A stretch of 64,000 bases of DNA from an uncultured Acidobacteriota bacterium. Lineage in GTDB: Bacteria; Acidobacteriota; Thermoanaerobaculia; Multivoradales; UBA5704. Shown one piece after another: positions 18,633 to 28,431 of this stretch (the stretch's first letter is position 1; each line of letters starts with the position of its first letter). A program made the translations under genes and the position numbers. The notes below the pieces were generated by a model, which was not told where the DNA came from, did no database searches, and saw only the letters and a program-made list of their open reading frames with translations. The stretch is taken from assembly GCA_963700145.1 (NCBI GenBank), contig OY969474.1, forward strand, positions 4,644,916-4,708,915. The letters are read 5' to 3'.

Positions 18633-19292
18633 CTAGGAAACGGGCAGGTTGTGCAGGCCGGTGGCCTTGGCCGAGAGGTTGCGCAGCTCGTCGGCGATCG
18701 CCAGGGTGTTGCGCACCGCCGCGGCCGCCAGCTCCTGCAGCTCGGGGGTGGTGGCGTACTTCTCGACGATCTCGCGGCCGAGCAGGTGGTGGTGGTACTC
18801 CTCGGGCTGGATCACCTCGTCGTAGAGGCGCGCCGTCTCGCGGTCGCCGACCGACTCGCAGAAGCGGACGAACTGCTGGTTGCGGACGTGGGCGATCGCC
18901 TCGCTGGCGAAGGGCCCGGCGGCGATCCGCTCGACGGTGGTCCGCAGGCCGCGCTGGTACTGGTAGAGCGGGCTGTGGCCGTCGGCCAGCGGGTCGAAGC
19001 CGGCGAGGTGCTCGCCCAGCTCGGCCAGGCGCTGGCTGATCAGGCCGTAGTGGCGCATCTCGTCGCCGCACTGCTGCGCCAAGACCACCTTGGCGTCCAG
19101 CTCGGCGGTCGAGGGGAGCCAGAAGGCGGCCAGCTCGCTCGCCTCGAGCTCGCTCTTGAGCGCCAGCTTGAGGAGCGTCACGACGTCGATCGGGCCGCCC
19201 GACTCCGACTCCAGCGCCTCGGTCTCGCCGAGACGGGCGAAGAGCGTCTGCATCTCCTCGACCAGGCTGGTGACGAACTCCTTGCCGTCCAC
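18633..19292 (-). CDS. Ferritin-like di-iron-carboxylate domain protein
   Basis: ExxH-type motifs (CGDEMRHY, EPEEYHHH). 9 bp upstream of the dehydrogenase gene, which suggests an operon. Confidence 0.5.
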   Translation of the reverse strand: MDGKEFVTSLVEEMQTLFARLGETEALESESGGPIDVVTLLKLALKSELEASELAAFWLPSTAELDAKVVLAQQCGDEMRHYGLISQRLAELGEHLAGFDPLADGHSPLYQYQRGLRTTVERIAAGPFASEAIAHVRNQQFVRFCESVGDRETARLYDEVIQPEEYHHHLLGREIVEKYATTPELQELAAAAVRNTLAIADELRNLSAKATGLHNLPVS

Positions 19293-19301
19293 GGGGCGAG
19301 C

Positions 19302-19922
19302 CTACTCCAAACTCCGCAGCACCGCCCGCACCGGCGAGGCGTCCATGCCGGCGAGCTTGAGCGGCAGGGCGATCAGCTCGTAGACCCCCTCGGGCACGCC
19401 GTCGAGCACCAGCCCCTCGAGGATGGCGACGCCGCCGCGCACCAGGGCGTGGTGCGCCGGCAGCTCCGTGCTGCCGAAGGGATCGACCGACGGCGTGTCG
19501 AGGCCGACCAGGAGCACGCCGTGCGCAGCGAGGAGCGCCGCCAGCTCGGGCGACAGCGCGGTGAAGCGCTCGGGGAAGGCGCGGCGGTCGCGCACGCTCT
19601 CTGTGCGTAAAAGCAGGCGGCCGGGGACGGCGAGGTCGATCCCGGCGAGGTGCCGCGGCTCGACCAGCGGCGGCGCCGGCACCTTGACCACCCGGCAGGC
19701 GCCGAGGAAGGGCTCGAGCGGCAGCGCGTCGATCGCGGCGCCGCCCGCTGCGACGTGGCAGGGCGCGTCGACGTGCGCGCCGAGGTGCAGCGTTGTCGTC
19801 ACCGTCGCCACGCTCGCCGGATCGCCGGCCGCGAGCGAGGCGGCCGGCCGCGCCGAAAAGTGCTCGTCGCCCGGCCACACCGGCGTCTCCGGGCGGACGG
19901 TGGGGGAGATGTCGTAGAGCAC
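19302..19922 (-). CDS. Cyclase family protein / kynurenine formamidase-like (KynB)
   Basis: HLGAHVDAPCH matches the HxGTHxDxPxH metal-binding motif of the cyclase/arylformamidase family. Confidence 0.7.
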   Translation of the reverse strand: MLYDISPTVRPETPVWPGDEHFSARPAASLAAGDPASVATVTTTLHLGAHVDAPCHVAAGGAAIDALPLEPFLGACRVVKVPAPPLVEPRHLAGIDLAVPGRLLLRTESVRDRRAFPERFTALSPELAALLAAHGVLLVGLDTPSVDPFGSTELPAHHALVRGGVAILEGLVLDGVPEGVYELIALPLKLAGMDASPVRAVLRSLE

Positions 19923-19959
19923 GAGGGGGGCCTCCTGGCGTGGATCATAGGCGCGGGGG

Positions 19960-21834
19960 TTGCACTTGCCCGCCGCCGTGGCCTCCTACCCGCCGATCGG
20001 CGACTACGCCCTGCTGGGCGACTGCCGGAGCGCCGCGCTGGTCTCGCGCGGCGGGTCGCTCGACTGGCTCTGCCTGCCGCGCTTCGACGGGCCGTCGGTC
20101 TTCGGCGCCCTCCTCGACGCCGAGCGCGGCGGGCGCTTCGCGGTCGGCCCGGCGGTGCCGGCGCAAGCCCGCCGCCGCTACCTCCCGAACAGCAACGTCC
20201 TCGAGACCACCTTCGAGGGGGCCGGCGGCGTCCTCCGCCTGACCGACGCGATGACCGTCGCCGCCGAGGCGGACAAGCGGCGCGAGCTGCTGCCCGAGCA
20301 CGAGGTGCTGCGCGCCGTCGAGTGCCTGGAGGGGGAGGTGGAGGTCGCGGTGGTCTTCGACCCGCGCCCCGACTACGGCCGACGCGTGCCGGAGATCCGC
20401 GCCGGCCGGCCGGGCGAGTTCTACGTCGGCGACGCGCGCGACGTCCTCGTGCTGCGCAGCGAGATCGACCTCGCCGCCGCCCCCGGGCGCCCCGGCTTGT
20501 CCGGCCGCGCGCGCCTCCGCGCCGGCGAGCGGCGGCTCCTCTCGCTCGCCGCCGACCGCGGCGACCCGGCGGTGCTGCCGCCGCTCGGCGACGCCGCCCT
20601 GGCCCGCCTCGACCGCACTCGCCGCTGGTGGGAGGCGTGGGCCGGGCGCTGCCGCTACGAGGGGCCGCAGGCGGCGGCGGTGGTGCGCAGCGCCCTCGCC
20701 CTGCGGCTGCTGCTCTACGCCCCCTCGGGGGCCTTCGTCGCCGCGCCGACCACCTCGCTCCCCGAGTCGCCGGGCGGCATCCGCAACTGGGACTACCGCT
20801 ACTGCTGGCTGCGCGACGCCTCCTGGACGCTCGAAGCGCTCCTCGACCTCGGGTACGAGGAGGAGGCCACGGCCTTCTTCTCCTGGCTCCTCCACGCCAC
20901 CCACTGCCACCGCCGCGGGCTGCGCGTCGTCTACGACCTGCACGGCGAGGAGGCGCCGGACGAGCGCGAGCTGGCGCACCTCGCGGGCTACGGCGGGGCG
21001 CGGCCGGTGCGGGTAGGCAACGGCGCCAAGCAGCAGCTGCAGCTCGATATCTTCGGCGAGGTGGTGGACACGGCCTACCAGTTCGTCGCCCGCGGCGGCA
21101 CGCTCGACGGCGCCCAGGGGCGGCTCCTCGCCGCGATGGGGGAGGCGGTCTGCCGCCTCTGGCGCGAGCCCGACCAGGGCCTCTGGGAGCAGCGCGCCGG
21201 CGCCCGCCACCACACCTTCTCGAAAGCGATGTGCTGGGTGGCGCTCGACCGGCTGGTCAAGCTCGCCGAGCGCGGGCTGGTGCGCCTGCCGGCCGCAGGC
21301 TTCCGGCGCCAGCGCGACGCGATCCGCGCCGTGGTCGAGAGCCGCGGCTGGAGCGAGCGGCTCGGCAGCTACGTCGACGAGCTGGACGGCGAGGAGCTGG
21401 ACGCGACGCTGCTCCTCCTTGGCGTCTACGGCTTCGAGGCGGCCGGCTCGCCGCGCATGCGCGCGACGCTGGCGCGGGTGCAGGAGCGGCTCGGGGCAGG
21501 TGACAGCGGGCTCCTCTACCGCTACCCGATGGGGCGCGACGGCCTGCCGCCGCACGAGGGGGCCTTCGGCGTCTGCGGCTTCTGGGCGGTCGAGCTGCTG
21601 GCGCGGGCCGGCGACACGGCGGCGGCGGCGGAGCGGCTCGCGCGGCTGGTCGGCTACGCCAACGACGTCGGGCTCTTCGCCGAGGAGATCGACCCCGCGA
21701 CCGGCGCCGCGCTCGGCAACTTCCCGCAGGCCTTCACCCACCTGGGGCTGATCAACGCCGCGCTGGTCCTGGCCGAGTGCCTGGGGCAGGCGGCGGCGCC
21801 GGCGCGGCCGCGCAAGGCGGCGGCGCGGCTGTGA
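19960..21834 (+). CDS. Glycoside hydrolase family 15 protein (glucoamylase/trehalase-like)
   Basis: N-terminus PIGDYALLGDCRSAALVSRGGSLDWLCLPRFDGPSVF is characteristic of bacterial GH15 proteins. (alpha/alpha)6 catalytic region. Confidence 0.8.
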   Translation: MHLPAAVASYPPIGDYALLGDCRSAALVSRGGSLDWLCLPRFDGPSVFGALLDAERGGRFAVGPAVPAQARRRYLPNSNVLETTFEGAGGVLRLTDAMTVAAEADKRRELLPEHEVLRAVECLEGEVEVAVVFDPRPDYGRRVPEIRAGRPGEFYVGDARDVLVLRSEIDLAAAPGRPGLSGRARLRAGERRLLSLAADRGDPAVLPPLGDAALARLDRTRRWWEAWAGRCRYEGPQAAAVVRSALALRLLLYAPSGAFVAAPTTSLPESPGGIRNWDYRYCWLRDASWTLEALLDLGYEEEATAFFSWLLHATHCHRRGLRVVYDLHGEEAPDERELAHLAGYGGARPVRVGNGAKQQLQLDIFGEVVDTAYQFVARGGTLDGAQGRLLAAMGEAVCRLWREPDQGLWEQRAGARHHTFSKAMCWVALDRLVKLAERGLVRLPAAGFRRQRDAIRAVVESRGWSERLGSYVDELDGEELDATLLLLGVYGFEAAGSPRMRATLARVQERLGAGDSGLLYRYPMGRDGLPPHEGAFGVCGFWAVELLARAGDTAAAAERLARLVGYANDVGLFAEEIDPATGAALGNFPQAFTHLGLINAALVLAECLGQAAAPARPRKAAARL

Positions 21835-22328
21835 GCGGCGGCTGGGCGATCGACTGGCCGAGCATCCTCCTCTGGGGGTTTTTCTCGACCGTCGTGCTGA
21901 CGACGACGATGGCGGCGAGCCAGGGGCTGGGGCTGTCGCGGATGGGGATCCCGTTCCTGCTCGGCACGATGCTGACGCCCGACCGCAAGCGGGCCAACCT
22001 CGTCGGCTTTGCCCTCCACTTCGCCAACGGCTGGCTCTTCGCGGTCCTCTACGCCCTCGCCTTCGAGGCCTGGGGGCGGGCGACCTGGTGGCTGGGGGCG
22101 GCGCTGGGCCTGGTGCACGGCTTCGCGGTCCTGGCGGCGCTGATGCCGTTGCTGCCGAGCCTCCACCCGCGGATGGCCTCGGAGGACCACGGCCCCGCCC
22201 CCACGCCCCAGCTCGAGCCCCCGGGCTTCCTCGCCCTCCACTACGGCCGCGGCACGCCGGCGACGACGCTTCTGGCCCACCTCCTCTACGGGGCGATCCT
22301 GGGCGGCTTCTACACGCTCTCGCGGTAA
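21831..22328 (+). CDS. Hypothetical membrane protein
   Basis: GTG start overlapping the GH15 stop (GTGA). Four hydrophobic helices. Confidence 0.45.
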   Translation: MSGGWAIDWPSILLWGFFSTVVLTTTMAASQGLGLSRMGIPFLLGTMLTPDRKRANLVGFALHFANGWLFAVLYALAFEAWGRATWWLGAALGLVHGFAVLAALMPLLPSLHPRMASEDHGPAPTPQLEPPGFLALHYGRGTPATTLLAHLLYGAILGGFYTLSR

Positions 22329-22349
22329 GATCGCCGGCCGAGGCCAACC

Positions 22350-22979
22350 ATGCCCAGCAACCACGAGCTCCTCCTCCACGACCCTCCAGTCGACCTCGCC
22401 GACCTCGGCGAGCGGGACCAGGAGAAGATCGCCCGCATCGGCCACCACGTGCGGGGGATCCTGACGGCGCTCGGCCTCGACCTCGCCGACCCGAACCTGG
22501 CCGAGACCGACCGGCGGGTCGCCAAGATGTACCTCGAGATGTTCCACGGCCTCGAGGAGGGGGCCGAGCCCAAGGTCACCTGCTTCCCCAACGACGAGTC
22601 CTACAGCCACATGGTGATGGAGAAGCAGATCCCCTTCTACTCCATGTGCGCCCACCACCTGGTGCCCTTCTACGGCCACGCCCACATCGCCTACATCCCG
22701 CGCGACCGCATCCTCGGCCTCTCGAAGTTCGCGCGCATCCTCGAGTTCTACGCCAAGCGGCCGCAGCTCCAGGAGCGGCTCACCGAGCAGGTGGTGACCT
22801 ACTTCGAGGAGAAGCTGCAGCCGCAGGGGGCGATGGTGGTCATCGAGGCGCGCCACCTCTGCGTCGAGATGCGCGGCGTCAAGAAGCCCGGCGCGCTGAC
22901 CGTCACCTCCGCCATCCGCGGCATCTTCCACGAGAGGTCGGCGCGTGAAGAGTTCCTCGATCTGCTGCGCCGGCCGTAG
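22350..22979 (+). CDS. folE: GTP cyclohydrolase I
   Basis: CAHHLVPFYG and HLCVEMRGV active-site motifs. Confidence 0.9.
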   Translation: MPSNHELLLHDPPVDLADLGERDQEKIARIGHHVRGILTALGLDLADPNLAETDRRVAKMYLEMFHGLEEGAEPKVTCFPNDESYSHMVMEKQIPFYSMCAHHLVPFYGHAHIAYIPRDRILGLSKFARILEFYAKRPQLQERLTEQVVTYFEEKLQPQGAMVVIEARHLCVEMRGVKKPGALTVTSAIRGIFHERSAREEFLDLLRRP

Positions 22980-23571
22980 CCTCGCCCGCGCCGCGCTGCT
23001 GGCCGCCCTCGTCGCCGCGGGCGCCTGCGCCGGCGGCACGACGCCGCGCACGATCGAAGACCTCACCAACCCCTACCTCGGGCCCGAGCACTCGCAGTGG
23101 CTGATCGGCGCCGTGTCGCGCCTCGCCAGCCCCGAGGAGGTCCAGGGGTACCTGGCGCTGCGCGACGGCGCCGCGGCGGAGGCCTTCATCCGCGACTTCT
23201 GGACGCGGCGCGACGCGACCCCCGCCGCCCCGGGCAACCCGCTGCGCGAGACCTTCGAGGCCCGCTCCGCCGACGCCGACCGCCTCTACAGCGAGGCCGG
23301 CGTGGTCGGGCGGCGGACGGCGCGCGGCACCGTCCACATCCTCTACGGGCGGCCGTCCAACATCGACTTCGAGGTGTCGCCGAGCCCCGGCGAGGGGCCG
23401 ATCGAGCTCTGGCTCTACGCCGAGGGGAGCCCGGCCGGGCTCGACGCGCGCACCCCGGCGCGCTTCTACCGCTTCATCCGCCGCGGCGACCTGACCGTCC
23501 CCTACACGCCGCGCGAGCGGGACCCGCGCTTCCCGCGTGACGCGACGCGGCCGCCGTCGCCGCCGCGCTGA
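22945..23571 (+). CDS. GWxTD-domain-like lipoprotein
   Basis: Lipobox LVAAGAC. Region EARSADADRLY...GRRTARGTVHILYGRPSNIDFE resembles the GWxTD domain (GWxTDRG, YILYGxPD). Confidence 0.5.
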   Translation: MKSSSICCAGRSLARAALLAALVAAGACAGGTTPRTIEDLTNPYLGPEHSQWLIGAVSRLASPEEVQGYLALRDGAAAEAFIRDFWTRRDATPAAPGNPLRETFEARSADADRLYSEAGVVGRRTARGTVHILYGRPSNIDFEVSPSPGEGPIELWLYAEGSPAGLDARTPARFYRFIRRGDLTVPYTPRERDPRFPRDATRPPSPPR

Positions 23572-23599
23572 GCCCGGCGCGAGGAGCCACCGGCCGATC

Positions 23600-24670
23600 A
23601 TGAGCGAGCTGCGCGCGCTGCTGGCCGGGACCGGCGTCGCCGTGCCGCCGCGGCAGGTGGACAACCACATGCTGGCGCGGATCCTCGACACCAACGACGC
23701 GTGGATCCGCGAGCGCAGCGGCGTCGTCACCCGCCACTACGTCGAGCCCGGCATCGCCTCCTCGGACCTGGGGACGGAGGCGGCGCGCGCCGCCCTCGCC
23801 GACGCCGGGGTCGCGCCGGAGGAGCTCGACTACATCGTCTGCGCCACCGCGACCCCCGACCACTACCTGCCGGGGATCGGCACGATGGTGCAGCAGAAGC
23901 TCGGGATCGGCGCCGTGCCGTCGCTCGACATCCGCCAGCAGTGCGCCGGTTTCGCCTACGGCCTGCAGGTGGTGGACGCCCTGGTGCGCAGCGGCATCGC
24001 GAAGACCGTGCTCCTCGTCGGGGTGGACATCCACACCTCGCTCATGCCCTTCTCCAAGCGCACCTGGGAGGTGCTCTACGACCCCGCCGCCGGGCCGCTC
24101 GAGGAGGCGGAGCGCGAGTGGAACACCCGCTACCGCTACATCGTGGTGCTCTTCGGCGACGCCGCCGGCGCGATGGTCTTCCGCGCCGGGCGCGAGGACG
24201 GGCGCGGCATCCTGCGCTCCGCCCTCTGGGGCGACGGCAACCACAAGGAGATCCTCTACACCCCCGGCGGCGGCTCGGTCTTCCGCCCCTGGGTGGACCA
24301 CGAGCAGATCGCGCGCGGCGACCTGGTGCCGGTGATGGACGGCCGGCAGGTCTTCCGCCTGGCGGTGACGCGCATGCCCGAGGCGGTGCGCCAGCTCCTG
24401 GCGCAGGAGGGGGCGGCGGTCGAGGACCTCGACCTGGTGGTGATGCACCAGGCCAACCTGCGGATCAACGAAGCGGCGCAGAAGGCGCTCGGTCTGCCCG
24501 ACGAGAAGGTCTGGAACAACATCCAGCGCTACGGCAACACCACCTCCGCCACCATCCCCCTCGCCTTCCACGAGGCGCGCCAGGCCGGCAAGGCCCCGGA
24601 AGGCGCCCTCGTCGCCTTCGCCGCCCTGGGCGCCGGCCTCCACTGGGGGGCGGTGCTGATGCGGGCGTAG
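23600..24670 (+). CDS. fabH: 3-oxoacyl-ACP synthase III (FabH-like KAS III)
   Basis: Active-site Cys region DIRQQCAGFAYGL, HQANLRI, and YGNTTSATIPLA motifs. Confidence 0.85.
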   Translation: MSELRALLAGTGVAVPPRQVDNHMLARILDTNDAWIRERSGVVTRHYVEPGIASSDLGTEAARAALADAGVAPEELDYIVCATATPDHYLPGIGTMVQQKLGIGAVPSLDIRQQCAGFAYGLQVVDALVRSGIAKTVLLVGVDIHTSLMPFSKRTWEVLYDPAAGPLEEAEREWNTRYRYIVVLFGDAAGAMVFRAGREDGRGILRSALWGDGNHKEILYTPGGGSVFRPWVDHEQIARGDLVPVMDGRQVFRLAVTRMPEAVRQLLAQEGAAVEDLDLVVMHQANLRINEAAQKALGLPDEKVWNNIQRYGNTTSATIPLAFHEARQAGKAPEGALVAFAALGAGLHWGAVLMRA

Positions 24671-24744
24671 CTCAGCGCCCGGCTACTCGACGATGCCGGC
24701 CCGCAGGGTGCCGCCGTCCAGGTGGCCGGCTCGACGTCCTCGGC

Positions 24745-24990
24745 GGAGTACGAAAAGCCGGTATCAGAGCTTGATACCTCGGTATCGAGCCCTGATACCT
24801 CCGTATCAGCCGCCGCTACCCAGGTATCAGGCGCCGCTACCTAGGTATCAGGCGCTGCGACCTAGGTATCGGGCGCCGATACCTCCGTATCAGGCGCCGC
24901 TCCCCCTGTGTCGAGCGCTGATACTCAGGTATCACGGGCCGATACCCCCGTATGGAGCGCTCATACCTCCGTATCGACGCTCCCGACCTC
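24745..24990. repeat. Tandem array of about 11 units with a period of about 21 bp (consensus GGTATCAGGCGCCGCTACCTA)
   Basis: Direct visual periodicity. Each unit carries GTATC/GATAC half-sites. The overlapping ORF gives a heptad-like PRYQAPL repeat and is not called as coding. Confidence 0.8.
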
Positions 24991-25275
24991 TTCCTCCACC
25001 TACGTCCCCCGACTCGCGGAACACCAGCCGCTGGGGTTGCCGGGGCTGCCACCATCCCCCTCGCCTTCCACGAGGCGCGCCAGGCCGGCAAGGCGCCGGA
25101 AGGCGCCCTCGTCGCCTTCGCCGCCTTGGGCGCCAGGCGGATCTTCTTGAGCGACTCGGTGCTGTGCCCGGCGAAGAACGGCCCGAGCTGCGGGTCGGCC
25201 GCCATCCGCCCGATGAAGTCGTCGGTCACGGCGGCGAACGCGTACAATCGGGAAACGGGATCGTGAGGTGACGCC

Positions 25276-25476
25276 GTGATGAAGGGGATCGAAGAAGCAG
25301 TCGCCGCGCTCAGGCGCGACCCCGATCAGCCGGTGACGGCCGAGATCGACGGCCTGGTCATCGAGCTGCGGCACAAAGCCGACTCGACGCGGAGAGCTCG
25401 GCGGACGGCCGATGATGTCTTCAGGGAAGTGGGGAGCTGGGAAGGGGAGACACCAACACGGTCATCGCCCGCCTGA
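25276..25476 (+). CDS. Type II antitoxin (VapB-like) upstream of a PIN-domain toxin
   Basis: Small ORF immediately 5' of vapC. C-terminal ...FREVGSWEGE resembles VapB C-termini. No strong family call. Confidence 0.4.
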   Translation: MMKGIEEAVAALRRDPDQPVTAEIDGLVIELRHKADSTRRARRTADDVFREVGSWEGETPTRSSPA

Positions 25477-25844
25477 ACGGCAATCTCGCCGTCTCGGAGC
25501 GGCTTGCAGCGCTCAAACCGGAGGAAGTCGTCCTCTGCGCGCCGGTACTGGCCGAGCTCCACTTCGGCGCGAGCCTCTCGGCGCGCAGAGAGCAGAACCT
25601 CGGACGGCTGGAGCGATTGGCGGAGAGCATGCGCTTCCAGTCGTTCGATGCCGGGGCGGCTCGCCGCTTTGGAGACTTGAAAGCCTCGCTCCGTCGCCGC
25701 GGGGTCACCAAATCCGACTTCGATCTGGCCATCGCCGCCATCGCGCTCGAACTCGGCGCGATCCTCGTTTCTGAAGACGGCGCGTTCCACGGCGGCTCAA
25801 TAGCGGGGCTCCAGGCGGAGAACTGGCTGCTGAACGCCAGATAA
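25437..25844 (+). CDS. vapC: PIN-domain toxin VapC (start uncertain)
   Basis: The in-frame upstream extension gives GDTNTVIARL (the DTN motif of the PIN N-terminus) and FDLAIAAIALELGAILVSEDGAF (the conserved D of the PIN C-terminus). There is no ATG or GTG before the DTN motif; the first listed Met (TTG 25617) would truncate the PIN domain. It overlaps the vapB frame. Confidence 0.55.
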   Translation: MGRGDTNTVIARLNGNLAVSERLAALKPEEVVLCAPVLAELHFGASLSARREQNLGRLERLAESMRFQSFDAGAARRFGDLKASLRRRGVTKSDFDLAIAAIALELGAILVSEDGAFHGGSIAGLQAENWLLNAR

Positions 25845-25891
25845 GACGCTCCGCCGTCTAAGGGACCGGCGCTTCAGCGGCGTGCCCGCGC

Positions 25892-26335
25892 CTACTGCTC
25901 GACGATGTCGGCGCGCAGGGTGCCGACGGCGGCGAAGAGCTCCTCGCGCTCCTTCTGCCCGACCTTGAACTTGTCGAGCGTCGCCGTCAGGTGCTTGACC
26001 GCGGTGTCCCAGTGGGCCGCCGAGATCTTCATCCCCGCGTGCGACGCCTTCATGCTCCGCCCCGTGTAGTAGCAGGGGCCGCCGCTCATCTCGCAGAGCT
26101 GCTCGACGACGAGCTGCCGGATCTTCTTGAGCGACTCGGTGCTGTGCCCAGCGAAGAACGGCCCGAGCTGCGGGTCCGCCGCCATCCGTCCGATGAAGTC
26201 GTCGGTCACGGCGGCGATGGCGTCGTAGCCGCCCAGGCGCTTGTAGAGCGACGCGTCGTCAGCCGCGGCGAGCGGCGCCGCGAGGGCGGCCGAGAGCAGC
26301 AATGCGGCGGCGATGAGAGCCTTGGTTCGGATCAT
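25892..26335 (-). CDS. Truncated (2/2) hemoglobin, group I, with signal peptide
   Basis: YKRLGGYDAIAAVTDDFIGRMAADPQLGPFF and the HAGMKIS heme-pocket region match trHbN. N-terminal signal peptide. Confidence 0.8.
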   Translation of the reverse strand: MIRTKALIAAALLLSAALAAPLAAADDASLYKRLGGYDAIAAVTDDFIGRMAADPQLGPFFAGHSTESLKKIRQLVVEQLCEMSGGPCYYTGRSMKASHAGMKISAAHWDTAVKHLTATLDKFKVGQKEREELFAAVGTLRADIVEQ

Positions 26336-26431
26336 GGTTCCCTCCCGAGAGAGCTCGACTGCAGTCCATTGGCTTCTACGCGCGGGCCGAGCGCCCGGAT
26401 GAGTCCGAGTAGCGGCCGAACCGACTCCGAA

Positions 26432-26705
26432 TCAGTCGACGTTGAACACCGGACGTTCGCAGGTTGGACCGGCCTGTAGCTCGCTCTGCGTGTATCGGCT
26501 GTCTTGGTACAGCCGAATGGGATAGCAGCCTGTACCGAGACCGAACTCGACGACGTAGTCGCCTGGAAGCAGGCTGGTCCGAAGAACGCCGCGTTCCTTC
26601 TGGACGAGGCTCCCTCCATCGTCACCAAGCCAGATGTCCACCGATTTGGAGTTGCCGGTGATCTCGAGCTCGAGGTACGTGCGGCTCTCGTAGACGTGGC
26701 TCATT
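26432..26705 (-). CDS. Small hypothetical protein (island gene 4)
   Basis: ORF beginning MSHVYESRTYLELEITG. Low-G+C island. No domain recognised. Confidence 0.35.
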
Positions 26706-26875
26706 GTGCCGACCGTAGGAGAGAGTGAACTATCTAAGCGTGGGCATGGTAGCACCGTGACCGCGACCCTCTGCCTCCGACGCGATGCTGGCCTGTCACT
26801 GCCGGCTCCGTGCCGCCCTAACGTTCACGCTTCACCGGCGGATGGCAACGCCAGCCGTCCGGCGGAAGCTGGGGG

Positions 26876-27778
26876 TTAAACGGCACCGCTTCTGGCCTCG
26901 AGTTCACGTCTCACCTCGCTACGGAACACCGGCAACCATTCAGTAATGAGCTGTTGGAAAGCCTCGTCTAGCTGGGGCTCTCGCTCAGGAACTATCGAGT
27001 TCATCCGAATCGCCAGTGCCAAACCTGCTATGTTGGCTGCCGCCTTGGCGACTGGTTCTGATGCGAAGAGGTGAATCTCCTGGTTGAGCTCACTCACGCG
27101 CCGACCCTGCAGCTGGAGATCTTCTTCTACGCGAGGGAGCATGAGCTGAGCAGCCGGTCCACCCTGCTTCATAACGATGACGCGATTCTTCGCTGCTTGG
27201 TGGGCTCTTAGAGCGGCATTGACAAAGTCGGCATAGACCTTCTGGTGGGTCACTCCGGCCATATCGATCGAAGGACTGACTGGAGCTAACGGCGTAGTGC
27301 CTAAAGGCGGTGCTTGAGCGAGAACTCCGCGAAGTGCGCTAAGAAGTTGCCGATAGTTCTCCTCCGAGTATGGATCACCGCGCAGGTCAAAGTAGACCTT
27401 TCCTCGAAGAAATGAGGGAGCCGCCTCTCTCCAGTCACCTGACCGAAGTAGAGGAACGAACTTCCTGTCGTTGCGGTCAGTCATCACTTCGGCCGTAATG
27501 ATATGCCCTTCGTAACCGACGCCACCGATGCGTCGATCTGACTTCTCTTGGTACTTAGGGGTGCAGATCATGAGGACGAAGTCGCTGTCTCGGATGGCAG
27601 TTTCAATAAACTGAGGCAGTTGATCACCGGGAGCAACCTTCCACTCGTCCAAGATCAGGTCGATGCCGTCACTGCGGAGACGGGCACCAAGTCTCTTGAC
27701 CCAATCCTTGTGCTCCTCGCTATCCCACGAGTACGAGATGAACGCCGTGGGTATCTGTTTAAGAAGTTCGCTTGTCAC
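26876..27778 (-). CDS. TIR-domain protein (N-terminal TIR plus a C-terminal domain of about 160 aa with unknown function)
   Basis: AFISYSWDSEEHKDWVKRLGARLRSDGIDLILDEWKVAPGDQLPQFIETAIRDSDFVLMICTPKYQEKS matches the bacterial TIR pattern (FISYS, D, L, G, D, PG, I, AI, S, S, Y). G+C visibly low. Confidence 0.65.
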   Translation of the reverse strand: MTSELLKQIPTAFISYSWDSEEHKDWVKRLGARLRSDGIDLILDEWKVAPGDQLPQFIETAIRDSDFVLMICTPKYQEKSDRRIGGVGYEGHIITAEVMTDRNDRKFVPLLRSGDWREAAPSFLRGKVYFDLRGDPYSEENYRQLLSALRGVLAQAPPLGTTPLAPVSPSIDMAGVTHQKVYADFVNAALRAHQAAKNRVIVMKQGGPAAQLMLPRVEEDLQLQGRRVSELNQEIHLFASEPVAKAAANIAGLALAIRMNSIVPEREPQLDEAFQQLITEWLPVFRSEVRRELEARSGAV

Positions 27779-27861
27779 GGTCGATTCTTGTGCCGTTTAA
27801 CGGCGTATGAGTTCCGCTGCAACGAGGTTAGGTGACCCGCCGCGACTGTCGAGCAAAGGGT

Positions 27862-28347
27862 TCAGGTCGTTCGCTGGTAGTCGTCCAGCAGCTGAGTGAT
27901 GTCTCGCTGTGTGACGGTGAGATGATGAAGCAGGGAGTCGACTGGCGAAGGGCTGACGTGACTGCTTGAGCCAGTGGCGATGTGTGTGTGCAGGTAGTCG
28001 AGTTTAGCGTTGATGTGGTCAAGCTGGTAGCGCTGCCAGTCGAACCTGTCGAACAGACCCTCGTCGGCGAACAGTTCGCGACCGCTAAGCAGGACTTGTG
28101 CTGGGGTTGTCGTATCTAGGCGGAAGTTTGGAATCACAACCGGGGAACGCTGCAGGTAGTCGAGGCATTGCGCAATGCGATCGAGATTGAAGCGAAACGC
28201 CTTGAGGAGATTGGCGCGGAGCTGATGAGCTCGCGCTACGCGCTCCCGTTTCCATTGCTGCCGTGCCCAGAGCACGCCGAACACTGTTCCAGCGAAGGCG
28301 CTTAGGAAGGCGAAGAGGAGATTCCAGAGCAGCTGTTCCGTTGTCAT
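27862..28347 (-). CDS. Single-pass membrane protein (island gene 2)
   Basis: MTTEQLLWNLLFAFLSAFAGTVFGVLWARQQW is an N-terminal transmembrane helix, followed by a helical soluble region. An alternative start at 28407 is possible. Confidence 0.45.
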   Translation of the reverse strand: MTTEQLLWNLLFAFLSAFAGTVFGVLWARQQWKRERVARAHQLRANLLKAFRFNLDRIAQCLDYLQRSPVVIPNFRLDTTTPAQVLLSGRELFADEGLFDRFDWQRYQLDHINAKLDYLHTHIATGSSSHVSPSPVDSLLHHLTVTQRDITQLLDDYQRTT

Positions 28348-28431
28348 GAATGCTATCCGGGTCCTAACGCTACTGGGCTTCAGCGACGGCGGAGCCGCTC
28401 GCTGCAAGCCCTTGGTTAGGCTGCTGATTGA

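Noticed and set aside
19650-22347. 617-aa plus-strand and 800-aa minus-strand ORFs
   Set aside because: Low-complexity Arg/Gly/Ala-rich frames overlapping the GH15 gene and the membrane-protein gene.
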